DNA of 64,000 nt from contig JAKMXF010000325.1 in assembly GCA_024704765.1 (NCBI GenBank), positions 225,171 through 289,170 of the forward strand, written 5' to 3'. Below the pieces are notes generated by a model that searched no databases, was not told the origin of the DNA, and worked only from the letters and a program-made list of their open reading frames with translations. This stretch comes from Oopsacas minuta (lineage: Eukaryota; Animalia; Porifera). Shown in pieces: positions 1-10,983 of this stretch. Every line of letters starts with the position of its first letter. The first letter of the stretch is position 1. A program made the translations under genes and the position numbers.

Positions 1-53
1 AATATCTCGAGGTGCAATGCGCCGAGTTCATCGCGAAGCGGCGAGCCATATAC

Positions 54-526
54 TCAAAAATATACTGGGGGGCAATTGCCCCCCCCAGTTTTCAACATTG
101 GAAAAACTGAAATTAATTAGTAAACAAGAACGAATATAATTTTTTGGAAATTCTACCCGGATGAAGGCGTATTAGCTAGCATGGAATTACGCGCTTCTTC
201 TGCATCATCCACCTTTCCAACACATTATTAAAATTGATTGCTTTCACAATTTCTCTATTCAAGGAAATTGTCATCAAATCACTTGCTCCAGTGCTATCAA
301 GACTAGATCTAGCCCAACTTAATATTCTATTAATAACATTAAAGCTTATGTCGACTGTTGCAGTGCTAACAGGTGTGGTTTTGGAGATCATAATTAACTT
401 CTTTAATTGAGGGTAAATGTATCTAGTATGTGTACTGTGTAGTATTCTACGTGTATAATGAAATCAAAAACTAGCTCTGATAAGTTCAATTTTGCCCCCC
501 AGTACTTTTTGAAGAATCGGCCACTG
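54..526 (-). mobile_element. Non-autonomous hAT deletion derivative carrying a transposase C-terminal (dimerisation domain) remnant; left TIR truncated
   Basis: Subterminal inverted repeat tcaaaaa(t)atactggggggcaa at 54-75 matches the reverse complement of 492-512. The right end is ...atcggccactg (CAGTGG-type terminus). ORF 176-391(-) contains PVSTATVDISFNVINRILSWARSSL...ASDLMTISLN, resembling the hAT C-terminal PxSxAxxERxFS...RxxL motif. Confidence 0.65.
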
Positions 527-944
527 GTATATGGATTCGTATTCTAAAATATCTCAATTTCCTATGAGAAATTTTTGAATATCTGACTTTACGCATCATA
601 CTGAGAAATGATTATGGATAGCTTAATTCTACTAATGAGTTTAAGTTAGTATAGTAATATTCAAACCCAAGATGGGCTTAATTATATTTGGTTAGATAGC
701 AATTTTCCGATAGTGATCCTACCCAGGTATAGGAATCAAACAAGATTAAATTTGAGAAAATTATCCTTGATTGAGTTACAAATTTCACTTGGTTACCAAT
801 GTTGTCCCAATTAAAGCCGAGATTACTTACAAAATCCACATAGCAGCTCCAGTATTACCACAGAAGGCATTAAATATTTTTGGTTGGCACATGGATAATA
901 AAAATTATTATTTCTACTACTTTTTAACTCTACCGAGTAGCGGA

Positions 945-1140
945 TATACTCGGCTCCGGCCGAAATTTGGTACTTTTTCCTGGCACCGGCAAAAAATTGT
1001 GCCTCTGGTCGATCCCTAGTTGTACTTGAGGAACTAGGGATCGACTGGAGCCTCGGCCCTGATCCCGGCCGAAAAGTGGTACTTTTTTCCGGTCCCGGTC
1101 CCGGTCCCGGCCAAAATTGTGCCCCCAGTCGATCCGCGTA
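945..1140. mobile_element. Two head-to-tail copies of a ~100-bp TAGGGATCGAC-terminal MITE
   Basis: 952-1019 and 1035-1140 share ccggccgaaa..tggtacttttt.c..g...ccgg..aaaattgtgcc...gtcgatcc. Copy 2 has TIRs tagggatcgactgg / ccagtcgatcc and internal (ccggtc)n repeats. Confidence 0.45.
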
Positions 1141-2388
1141 GCAACTACAGGCACTAAGAAAATTAGCTATTTCATACTCTTTAGTTACATCAGAAACACA
1201 AAGCTGTCGCGCAGCGACCTCCAGCGAAGTTCGCTTGTCATCGATTAAAATTGATATAATTAACTAATTCGATAATAACGTTTTTAGTAATGAGGATCGC
1301 TGATGGTTGACCATAACTGGCTCGGCTCGGACTATTTATAGCCAGGCCGGACAAGTTATGGCATGACAGGCCGAGCTGCCGAGGTTCGTGAAACTAGAGT
1401 CAGCTAGCCTAGCGGCGTCGAATAAGGGATGACTCGATGGGGTTATGAGAAATTTTGAGTATGGAATGTTGCCGCATTGCTGAGACATTCCAGTTATTGC
1501 TAGGAAAAAGTTCATTTGGCCTTCGAATTAAATATTGTGATAAACTACACAATGTAATAAATATGAATATATTTGGTCAAAAGGTTCGATAAAATACCTC
1601 TATATTCCTGGGAATGAGATTCGAAAATATTTTCAAAAACTGTGTTCTCTGCAAAAAGAATTTTAAACCTTTATATACTAAATTACCTTACTGTATATTG
1701 GCCATGTTATAATTATAGAATTGCAATTAGTCCGTTAATTTAAAGTACTACCTAGTTCTTTCAGTTTTAATAGAGCATATTTTATTGCGATGGAGGAGGA
1801 TGATGTTTCCCCATTACGCGTACTCAATATGTAAATTAAGTTATGTATCCTAAATAAATTGTACCATCATCACTTACCAGGACAGTAATTCTTTACTGAA
1901 GTAATGATATCTCCTTTTGGTTATTTAGATAATTTATTATCTAACATATTTTAAGTGTTACTATTGTATCACTAGAGATTTGATCTGAGCAACCATGCAG
2001 TACCTTGAAGAGACATTCGAGGAATTTGAAAGCTCGATTTTTGTTCCTTCAATATGGATGACTGAATGGTTGAATCTGTTGGAATTTAACTGAATTGTGG
2101 AACCCAATAACGATGCTAGGACCACACTATGATGGGGTAAATAAGAGGAACCGGTGCGGAAAATGCCGCATGTTGTGGATACAAGAGATTTTAGGCGCGG
2201 ATATGCCGTATATGCCACACCGGGGCTATGCCTCTGGTTGAACTAAATCAGGAATCATTCAGTTGCAACTTGGTAATGATGCAAGTCCATCATTCAGTCA
2301 CCCTAAATTCACCAGATTCCACCATTTAGTCAACCCCTTCAAAATGTACCATCATATTTAGAGTGTAATTCCTACATTGCGTTGAAGG

Positions 2389-2762
2389 AACGGCATTAGT
2401 ATCGTGCTCTCGTTGATCGCACAATTACGATCAAAATCTATTTTTGACGATCTCAGACTGATCAGGGATCGATCATTTTTTTCCGAAAAAATGATCACGA
2501 TCTTCCATTCAATTTTTAGAACCCAACATGTATATCAAAATGTGCTAAGTTTTATGGCAATCGGACTTGTAGATTCGCTTGGCCGCGCGAACGGCGGACA
2601 GAAGAAGGCAATAGAGCTTCTCCCTTTAAGAGATTACTATAAATTGCAGAAAGGTGATGATCGCGATCCTTTTTGTCGCAGGATCGGGATCACGATCTCC
2701 GATCATTTCTTAATGAACGATGGGGATCGCGATCATTAATTTGGTTATCCGCTAATGCCCTA
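2389..2762. mobile_element. hAT-type MITE with 8-bp TSD
   Basis: TSD gttgaagg at 2381-2388 and 2763-2770. TIR aacggcattagt vs reverse complement of the right end tagggcattagc (9/12). Many internal gatcgcgatc/gatc subterminal repeats. Confidence 0.75.
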
Positions 2763-4644
2763 GTTGAAGGCATGATGTCACTAATTAGAGATTGTGAATT
2801 AAAATACACATGGATTGCTTTTAAAGATAAATAAAGATAAAAATAGTATCAAATTCAGGAACTAATAATCTAAAAATTTAACAATGATATGTATTAAGTG
2901 GTTTTCTTCCAAATAGTAATTTGTTCCTGAAAAGAGTGCTGTCATGCATAACTGGTCCGTGGGCTGGCTATAACTGGCCCGGGGCGGACCAGTAATTGAC
3001 TTATGGCAGACCATATATTGTCGACTCTATCTGATCCTAGTGTATCCGTACTTCCTGGGTACGAGTGTGGCTGGTAGCGAAATTGTGTTCTTTTACTATA
3101 TTAAGGTATACTTATACTTTCGGTTAGAGCTCATGAGTGGTCTCCATTTTACATACATATTTCTCTACTGGTTATTTCTAAGTGCTATTAGAGATAGATA
3201 TTTGATGCCAAAATTAGGAATGGATACAGCTGAGCTTTTGAGCTGTATCCATTCCTATGTTTAATTCTATCTGACTATTTAGTATATCACCTAATTCGAG
3301 ATAAAGTTTTCAAAAAATGTATATATTATTATAGATCCGGGTTGTTAGCAGAGCTCTGATAGCGAATTTGTCTAACTGGCATGTCAACAGCTAAAATTTA
3401 TTCTAAGTTGTATAATACGCCGTATAACGTTGACAAAAACCATCCCTGCCAAAAATGTATGAATTGACATATACTATATAAAGTACTTTGAGTAATGATA
3501 TTGCACACTCTGCAAAGATGGGAGTGAGCAACTGCCCTACTTGCCTACTACTGTTCCATCTAATTTCCGGGGGTTATGCTAAATGTGGTAAATTTCAAAT
3601 ATCTCGGGATCAAACATTTTTAAGCGAAAATCCGTGGGAGTAAGGTCTAAAAATCTCAAATCACCGCCTGTTCCGACGTATTTCCCTTAGGCCACCGGAT
3701 TCAGGGTAATTTGGTACCCCACATGTCTGTTGAGAGAAAGTCTCTACCAATATTTAGAAATTTGGATAATTTGTATTCTTTATATTCATAAATCAACAAT
3801 AAATTTACATATGAGAAACTTGAAATGCGAAATTCGGATTCAGCGTGCTTGATTACCCCTATATGTCTGTTGAGCACATGATAACATGTTGAAACCTAAT
3901 CTCTAGCAATCTTTTGGATTTTTACATAGAAATTTATGGAAATATAATTACTCAACTAAAAGGTGTGAAAGTATACACATTAGAAAATTTTCAAATCTCA
4001 GGTGCACAACTAGATGTCACTACGAGTATACATGCTTAATTTATTCTGCAAAGGTGTGAACAGGAGAGCGAACACATATATGTATGCCTACCTACCGACT
4101 AAGAGAGTCAACCAATTTAGAACTGTGCCACTATATTATAGTCTGCACAGTAAAATGAGAAAAAATCCAGGGGGTACCCCCAGATTCCTTAGAGGGATAC
4201 TATGCCTACCGCTTAAATCATATCCTGAATCACAGTAAATGAATGAGCTTGTGGTCTAAGGAGTACCTAGCACTAAAGTTTGAAATAATTGTCTCACCTG
4301 TTCAATGATTAGGTCTATACGGTGATTTTATGAAAAGTCCAAACGCATCTAAAGCTGAGTGATTGTTAATCGCTAGAAACATATGATAGGAGATTAGATA
4401 TTATGCAATATACTGTGTCAATGTAATCATATTGCAACATAGCCTAAGGTTGAAATTAATCAAATTATACTATAGTATGCATTGTATATATTTTGAAATC
4501 AAATCGTAATATTAATTCTCCTCATTTCCTCATCCTGTTCACTTTAAAGATCAGCTTATTCATTGAACAATCATGTCCTATGTTTGACAATTAGTTTTTG
4601 GATAATCATCAACACATCAATCTCTACCCCAAGTTAGCATTGTA

Positions 4645-5948
4645 CAACGGGCGTTCAAAAAGTTTCCGACCTTGGTCGTAGAATTTTAAGATACAAGATA
4701 TTATATTACGTATCTGTATTCATAATGAACCTTATTCTATTATCTATTCAGAACTATTTTACCTTTCACCATATCATCAATAGTTTTCTAGTTACGATTA
4801 TTTCAAATTTCTCAGTTTTGACTATTCTTGTATAGCTTCAAATTTGAAATTTGAGCAAAGATCCTATATCAAAATTCACACGCTTCTTGGTATTGGCCGG
4901 AAGGATATTCTCATTGACTTGGAAGTCGTTTATGGAGATGCTAGCCTTTCATATACTACTGTGAAGGAGTGGGCCAAGCGGTTTCGTGAAGGACGAGAGT
5001 CACTGAAAGATGAGGAACGAATCGGGCGTCCCAGATCCGCCGTCACTAGCAGTAACACCTCTGAAATTCGCTGGAGAGTGGAAGATCCTCTTATCACTGT
5101 TGAGGAGTTAGCTATGAGTGTGGGATCTCAACGGGAGCTGTTCATTCCATACTTATCGATGAGCTGAGAGTTACCAAAATTTGTTCGAGGTGGATCTCGC
5201 ATTCCCTTACGAATGACCAAAAGGACCGGCGGGTAACTTATGCAAGAATAATGCTCTCCGAGTATAAAGACTCGAATCCAAGAAGGCTGGCAGAAATCAT
5301 TACTGGTGACGAGACTTGGATGAGATACGACGAGTCACTATCCAAAGAAAGAAACAAGGTATAGGTCGTAAAAGGTGAGGCGCCTCCTTTCAATCCTAGG
5401 CCGGACTTCAGAGATCAGAAGGTCCTGTACTCAATTATCTTTGATGCACATGGGCCAGTTGCCCAGATTACAATACCAAAAGGGAAAACAATTACCGAGG
5501 ACTTTTATGCCAACAGTTGCCTCTCAGAATTAGAAAAACATTACTTGGAGCAGCGGCCAAAGTCTGGACCGCGGGGCATGTTATTATTGCACAATAATGC
5601 ACGGCCACATAAAACTAAGCTCGTAAAGTCAGAGTTGTTGAGCTAGATCACCCACCCTACTCACCTGACCTCGCTCCTTGTGATTTCTTGCTCTTTGCAA
5701 AGTTGGAAAAGGACCTTGCAGGCAGGCATTTTGATACCAGAATCGACCTAGGGAATGCAATTTGGAGATCCCTAAAAGACATCCCGCCCGAAGACTATAA
5801 GAATGTAATTTTTTTAATGGCTAGATCATTTACAACGAGTCATAGACGTTAATGGTGATTATTTCGAGAAAATATAACAATTGTACATGTGTATTCTGTA
5901 TAGTGACAAAAATATGGGGTAGGGTCGGGAACTTTTGAACGCCCGTTG
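4645..5948 (+). mobile_element. Full-length mariner element (1304 bp), inactive
   Basis: TA at 4643-4644 and 5949-5950. ~27-bp TIRs caacgggcgttcaaaaagtttccgacc / caacgggcgttcaaaagttcccgacc. Internal transposase remnants. Confidence 0.95.
4844..5877 (+). pseudogene. Mariner transposase, frameshifted
   Basis: The HTH region MKFEQRSYIK...TTVKEWAKRFREGRESLKDEERIGRP is followed, across frameshifts, by SRWISHSL (WVPHEL-like), ITGDETW, HNNARPH and HPPYSPDLAPCDF, and ends NGDYFEKI* at 5875-5877. Confidence 0.9.
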
Positions 5949-6610
5949 TAATTCACATTTTAGTAGATCTGGAAGTATTTGGTTTACTCTATGGCACAGA
6001 CTTGTGTAAATCCGAACTCCAATAAGTACTTCCGCGCGATTCTGTGTAATCTTGCATCCGATAAATCTGAAATTAGTACATATATGTACATTTTGGTTGT
6101 AGGTTGCACCTGAAAACTGTGTTTTTCTAAAATGGATTTCACCATTTCAATGTGAAATTCAAAATATACCGACACAACACGAAATTAGTGAGATTTACAA
6201 GAAATGATCATACCTAGCAGTTATTAAGGGAGATAACTATTAAAATTTGCTTTCGCAGGCGAATAGGCTACTAATCGCTAGCGAACAACAACTATAAGAA
6301 CAATTTAAAAACACTGTTGCAACAAACAGGGCCTAGTTTGTAGCTAATCCATGAAAATTCTTACTTAACAATTCAAATACGTCTTCAGATGAGTTATTAA
6401 AAATCCTTGTTCGATTATCAAATAACTCTGATTCGAAGTCGAATATGGTTTAGCATCTATCTTTCGTATCTATTGAGGAAGTTGTTGGTTCTTGCCAATA
6501 CAGCAGTTTCTAATTGGAGATACACATACGTAATTAGTATTGGCTGATTTGAATAATTATAATAATGATTACAATATTATAGATTTCTAAGTAATATTAC
6601 AAACATAAAT

Positions 6611-7574
6611 CAGGCACGTAGCTAGAGCAAGAAATTCAGGGGGGCAAGAAGTATTTCGGGAGGGCAATTGCAGTGATATATATATTTGAAAAGTTAATTA
6701 CTTGTATATAACAAGTACGACCCAGTCTCCTTTCCTTACATGTATAACTTTTTAATTCATCAAGTACCAGACAACTAAGCTAGGAAGTACGAGACTAGTC
6801 TACATTATATATAATGCCATATAGTAAGAGCATTTATTAAGATACTAACTCAATTCAGGGATACTATTTGACATTACAAAAGAAAGCGGCGGTGCTTCAT
6901 CTACTTAAAATGTTCAATCACATCATTATAGCAAAGTGTTTCTGCAATATCTTTTTCAATAGATAACATGGCAAGATGGTTGAGACGCTCAGTGGTCATT
7001 TGTGAGCGCAAACGAGTTTTATTCTCTTAACAGATGAGAACATTCGCTCAACCTTCCAAGACGTCTGAGGGATAGTCACAAGAATTTGGTATAAAATAAG
7101 CTTTGAAAACTGAAAAACTAAGAGTATCACCAATGCTTCAATCACTTCAATGGACAGTCTAACTTCTGACAACAATTACTAGCGATCTGTGGTATTCAAT
7201 TAAAATTATAGTAGAAATTCAGTGGCTATCAAAATAGAACCAGTTTACTATCAATGAGCGTTACTTCCTGTCTAGTATTAAAACATCATCGCAACAACGC
7301 GAGTTATAAATTTCATAGTTTTGACGATGCAGTTGAAGTACATAGGCTATTAACTACAGTGGAGTTCGATTATTAGCAACTCGGATTTTGCAGAAATTTG
7401 GTTGCTAATAGGGCAACGAAATTAACATTATAATCCCGTTTGGGACCCGAAAGCTGGTTGCTAATAGAGCAATATTGCTAATAAACTAACTACACTGTAT
7501 ATAAAAACGAAAACTTTCAAATTTATCTGGGGGGGCGACTGCCCCTCCTTGCCCCCACTGTAGCTACGTCCCTG
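6611..7574 (-). mobile_element. Non-autonomous hAT element (964 bp) with C-terminal transposase remnant
   Basis: Perfect TSD acataaat at 6603-6610 and 7575-7582. TIR caggcacgtagcta / cagggacgtagcta. Minus-strand remnant at ~6870-7110 reads LVTIPQTSWKVERMFSSVKRIK/TRLRSQMTTERLNHLAMLSIEKDIA (hAT dimerisation domain). Confidence 0.9.
7357..7497. mobile_element. TA-targeting (Tc1/pogo-type) MITE nested in the hAT element
   Basis: TA flanks at 7355-7356 and 7498-7499. TIR cagtggagttcgattattagcaa vs cagtgtagttagtttattagcaa. Confidence 0.65.
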
Positions 7575-8294
7575 ACATAAATATGATCAGTTCTATTTGA
7601 TTTCACGTAATGTGGTTGTGCTGCAATTATCTAGTCTGTTCTGTAACATCACAAGTTCATAACGTAAAGTCTCCTCAGGTATATCTTACCTCTCCAATAA
7701 ATCACCTCATTAATTTACTCTGGATAGTCGTATCGTATGATTATTGCTATCAGTACAATTAATTAAGATATCCGTGTATCTTAGTTTATCCTAATGTCCA
7801 AGGCTTATCAATGGCTCCTTATTGGTCATTTGTGGCGCGGAGGGTACCACAAATAGGAGCGAAGAGAGTTTACAAATTCTTAATAATATTTATATAATTA
7901 TTGCTTGGTTGCTTTGGAAATAAAGAAACGTACACAACTTTGAAATCAATTTCAAGTGTTGCTTTCCTAAAACTAGTGGAGAAGCACTACTATAGTATAT
8001 ACAGAGGTTAGTGTTTTGTTCGTAAATATTTTGTAGCTGTGTCGAACCGGGGCAGGGGTGCTTGAGCCCTCCACTCCCCTAGCTTGATTACAGTCCCATA
8101 GAACTAATGCAAAATATATTTGTGAGCAGGTGAGGCCCCCTAGGCCCTAACCTAAATCGTACAAGTTGCTAGAAAGTTCGGTGCCCTAGAGTACTTGTGA
8201 GGAATTAGATGCTATTAAGAAACAGTTCTCAAAATTAACATGATACCAATAAAGCAGCTAAGAGGGGGCTGACTAAAAATAACGGACAGTAATA

Positions 8295-8478
8295 CAGTAG
8301 AGACTCCGAATAACAGACACGTTGGGAACATCTCTTCTATCCGTTTTAGGGAGTTGTCCGCTTCTCGGAGACTGCTAAAGTATTACATATATGATTGCTA
8401 ATTCATTCCGTTCCAGGAGGTTTGTCCGTTGTAGAGAATTGTCCGCTTCTAGGAGTGTCTATTTGGGAGACGCCACTA
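8295..8478. mobile_element. Degenerate CAGTA-type TA MITE
   Basis: Starts TA|cagtagagactccgaataacagacac and ends ...gtgtctatttgggagacgccact. Internal tgtccg repeats. Confidence 0.45.
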
Positions 8479-9339
8479 TAGTACTTTTGAACTCCGAAAG
8501 GAGGCATGAGGTGTTTCGCTAGAGAGTATATAGGGATCGCAGAATATGTCAGGAGGTTGCAGAAAAAGGAACCTGGGCAAAAATTAAAACGTTTCAGTTC
8601 ACTCTATTTCATGATTGAAATTTCAGCCGATTTTATGGACTATGCGGGACGTACTTACACTTATGCGCACGTCCGTGCGGAATATATCATCAAAAAGAGT
8701 ACAGATATACATTTTGGGGTGATGTTTGCACCTGTGGCATGAATTTTTCCAAAAAATTGTTCGCACCCTTTTTGGTGATAAATAATTTTCTCACTTGCAC
8801 TTTCACCTACAATTTCATTTTTCTGGGAAATTGATATTAATACAGTAATTCATAACGCCACTTTTGTGACACTTTAAAATTTCCCATTGAAATTGTATTA
8901 GTTTGTGCATAGTTAAGAACAAGGAGCAAAATCGCATAAGGAGGTTATCTATAGGATGGTATGTGACCTAAGTTATAACAAGGCCTGTTTACTGGAGTGA
9001 ATTTTAGACCATGGATGTCGGTTAAGGCCATTAATTTATATTACAAATAATGATCTATTAGATGGTATTCATCCCAATCGTGAACTTAGAAATTGTCCTT
9101 GGATGTCGTTGAAGTTTATTGATTATGTAACAAAAAATTATTATACGTAGATAAAAGATGACCGAATGTACAGTCTAAGAAATAAAGTACATTGGTTTAA
9201 TACAAAAAATACCATAAAATAAGTCACACATTAAATATTAGTAGGGTTTAGAGACAAAATAAATAGGAACTATTTGGGTTTCAACTTCTTCAATTTTCGA
9301 GTGACTTCAAGGGTAGCAAGGCATTCATATTTTTAATTT

Positions 9340-9962
9340 TACGAGCCCTTAGCTCGTCGCTTCGCGATGAACTCGCCGCATTGCGCCTCGAGGTATTCAT
9401 CGGTCAAAGAAACAGACAAAGAACAATTGAGATTTAATAATATTCATGTTTTTTACAATATTCAGACTCAGCATACTCGATTACCCCAGTATAGTGGTTG
9501 AAAGTATGATTCTACCTCAATTTTGAAATTTGTTTGTTTTATGTACCTAAAAGTAAACAAATATTCACAATATATTGTTTATAATACCATATTCGGACTC
9601 AGCATACTCGAATACCCCAGCATAGTCGTTGTAAGTATGATTCTACCTCAATTTTGAAATTTGTTTACTTTATATTCATAAAAACAACCACAAATTTACA
9701 CATGAGAAACTCGAAAATGCGAAATTGGGATTCAGCGTACTTAGTTACCCCTGTGAAGCCGTTTAGTGCAAGGATCTACGTGTGAAAATCGGATTCAGCA
9801 TGTTCGATATATTTAGTAAGTTTTATGAATTCTATTTACTTCCTTGATAAACACGATAAATACATAGTTACGTGATAATTTCAAAATTGCATACCATAAA
9901 TCCTTTCCTTGACAACGTACAAACAAACACAAACAACAATTGAGATTTAATAATATAGATTG
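9340..9962 (-). repeat. Helitron-like non-autonomous repeats (two adjacent copies)
   Basis: The minus strand starts tctatattattaaatctcaattgttgtttgtgtttgtttg at ~9960. A second mini copy at 9340-9445 ends in the GC hairpin acgagc-taagg-gctcgt. 9530-9960 is homologous (inverted) to 19365-19870, related sequence occurs at 63865-64000, and 9350-9398 matches 1-48. Confidence 0.4.
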
Positions 9963-10233
9963 GATAAGATACAATTTTAATTTAGAGGTCAATAATTTAG
10001 CTAATATATACCACATTAGTGTACCACAACTGTTGCACATATCTCTCCATATATCAGCTTGTTCATTTTCTAAAACTGTAATTGTTAAGTGAATGAGAAG
10101 TTTTCTAGACTGACTGGTAACAAAACTACCGAATAAGCCTCGATCATATAAATTAGCTATATAGCAGAAACAATGATGGATTTATGTCAATAGCGTGAGG
10201 AATAGTATGTTTTAAGATTCGGTCTGGAGAAAA

Positions 10234-10983
10234 TTAGATATTTAAGTTCATAGTATAATTATCTGTACATAAAACTTGAACAAAGAGATCACGAGGATGG
10301 TGATCAACTTCATTTAGTAATAGATTAACTCCATGAATTACATGTATCTTAGACAGGGATAGAGAAAGCCGTACACCTTCATAGTAACCAATAGTATGTG
10401 GTAATTCTGTAATGGTTAACGAACAACAAATCGAAATCAAACAAGTAACTGTTTTAAAGGTTTGACCCAATTCAGGGAAATATCATTAGAAGGCCTAATT
10501 ATCCAATGATCAGGGAGATATATTTGTTTGTTTTTGGACACCAATTCTTGTAATGGGTGGTGATTTGAAAATTTCATTATCTACACGGTACTGTAATAGA
10601 TTCTGTTCTATAGCAGTAGTAACAATTAATTCCTGTTCTTTCAGGGCTTGATCAAATCGCTGTTGTTTGGTAGAAGAAGAAAAACGAGGTGAACAGTCGG
10701 AGAGGAATCTTGGCATCGCTTCTTTAACTAATTCAGGTTTGGTGGGTACTTCTAAATATGATCCATCTGATTGAAGGGCAGGATAACTTGTAATAATGTA
10801 TTCTGAGAGGAAATGTTTAGAACAAACAAATACACATTTCAAGTCTCGGATATCTTCCCTGCAGAGCACACCTAGCCATTGATCGATAAGCATAAGTGGA
10901 CCACTTGGTAGCTTAAATGCAGGAGTATAAGGCTCTCCTCAATAATTACTCCGACAGTTAGGGGCCGAACACTTGTTAGGCAT
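10234..10983 (-). pseudogene. THAP-domain transposase N-terminal fragment (P-element/THAP9-like)
   Basis: From ATG 10983: MPNKCSAPNCRSNY*GEPYTPAFKLPSGPLMLIDQWLGVLCREDIRDLKCVFVCSKHF. This is the THAP C2CH signature with conserved P, W, F and a C-terminal AVP-like EAMP. It has one in-frame stop and continues by frameshift into ORF 10234-10470. Confidence 0.75.

Noticed and set aside
1961-2218. 85-aa ORF in slightly GC-richer sequence
   Set aside because: No motif, no consistent splice sites and no second copy. It may be an old fragment but cannot be supported.
2404-2739. 111-aa ORF
   Set aside because: Lies entirely inside a TSD-flanked MITE and translates its gatc subterminal repeats.
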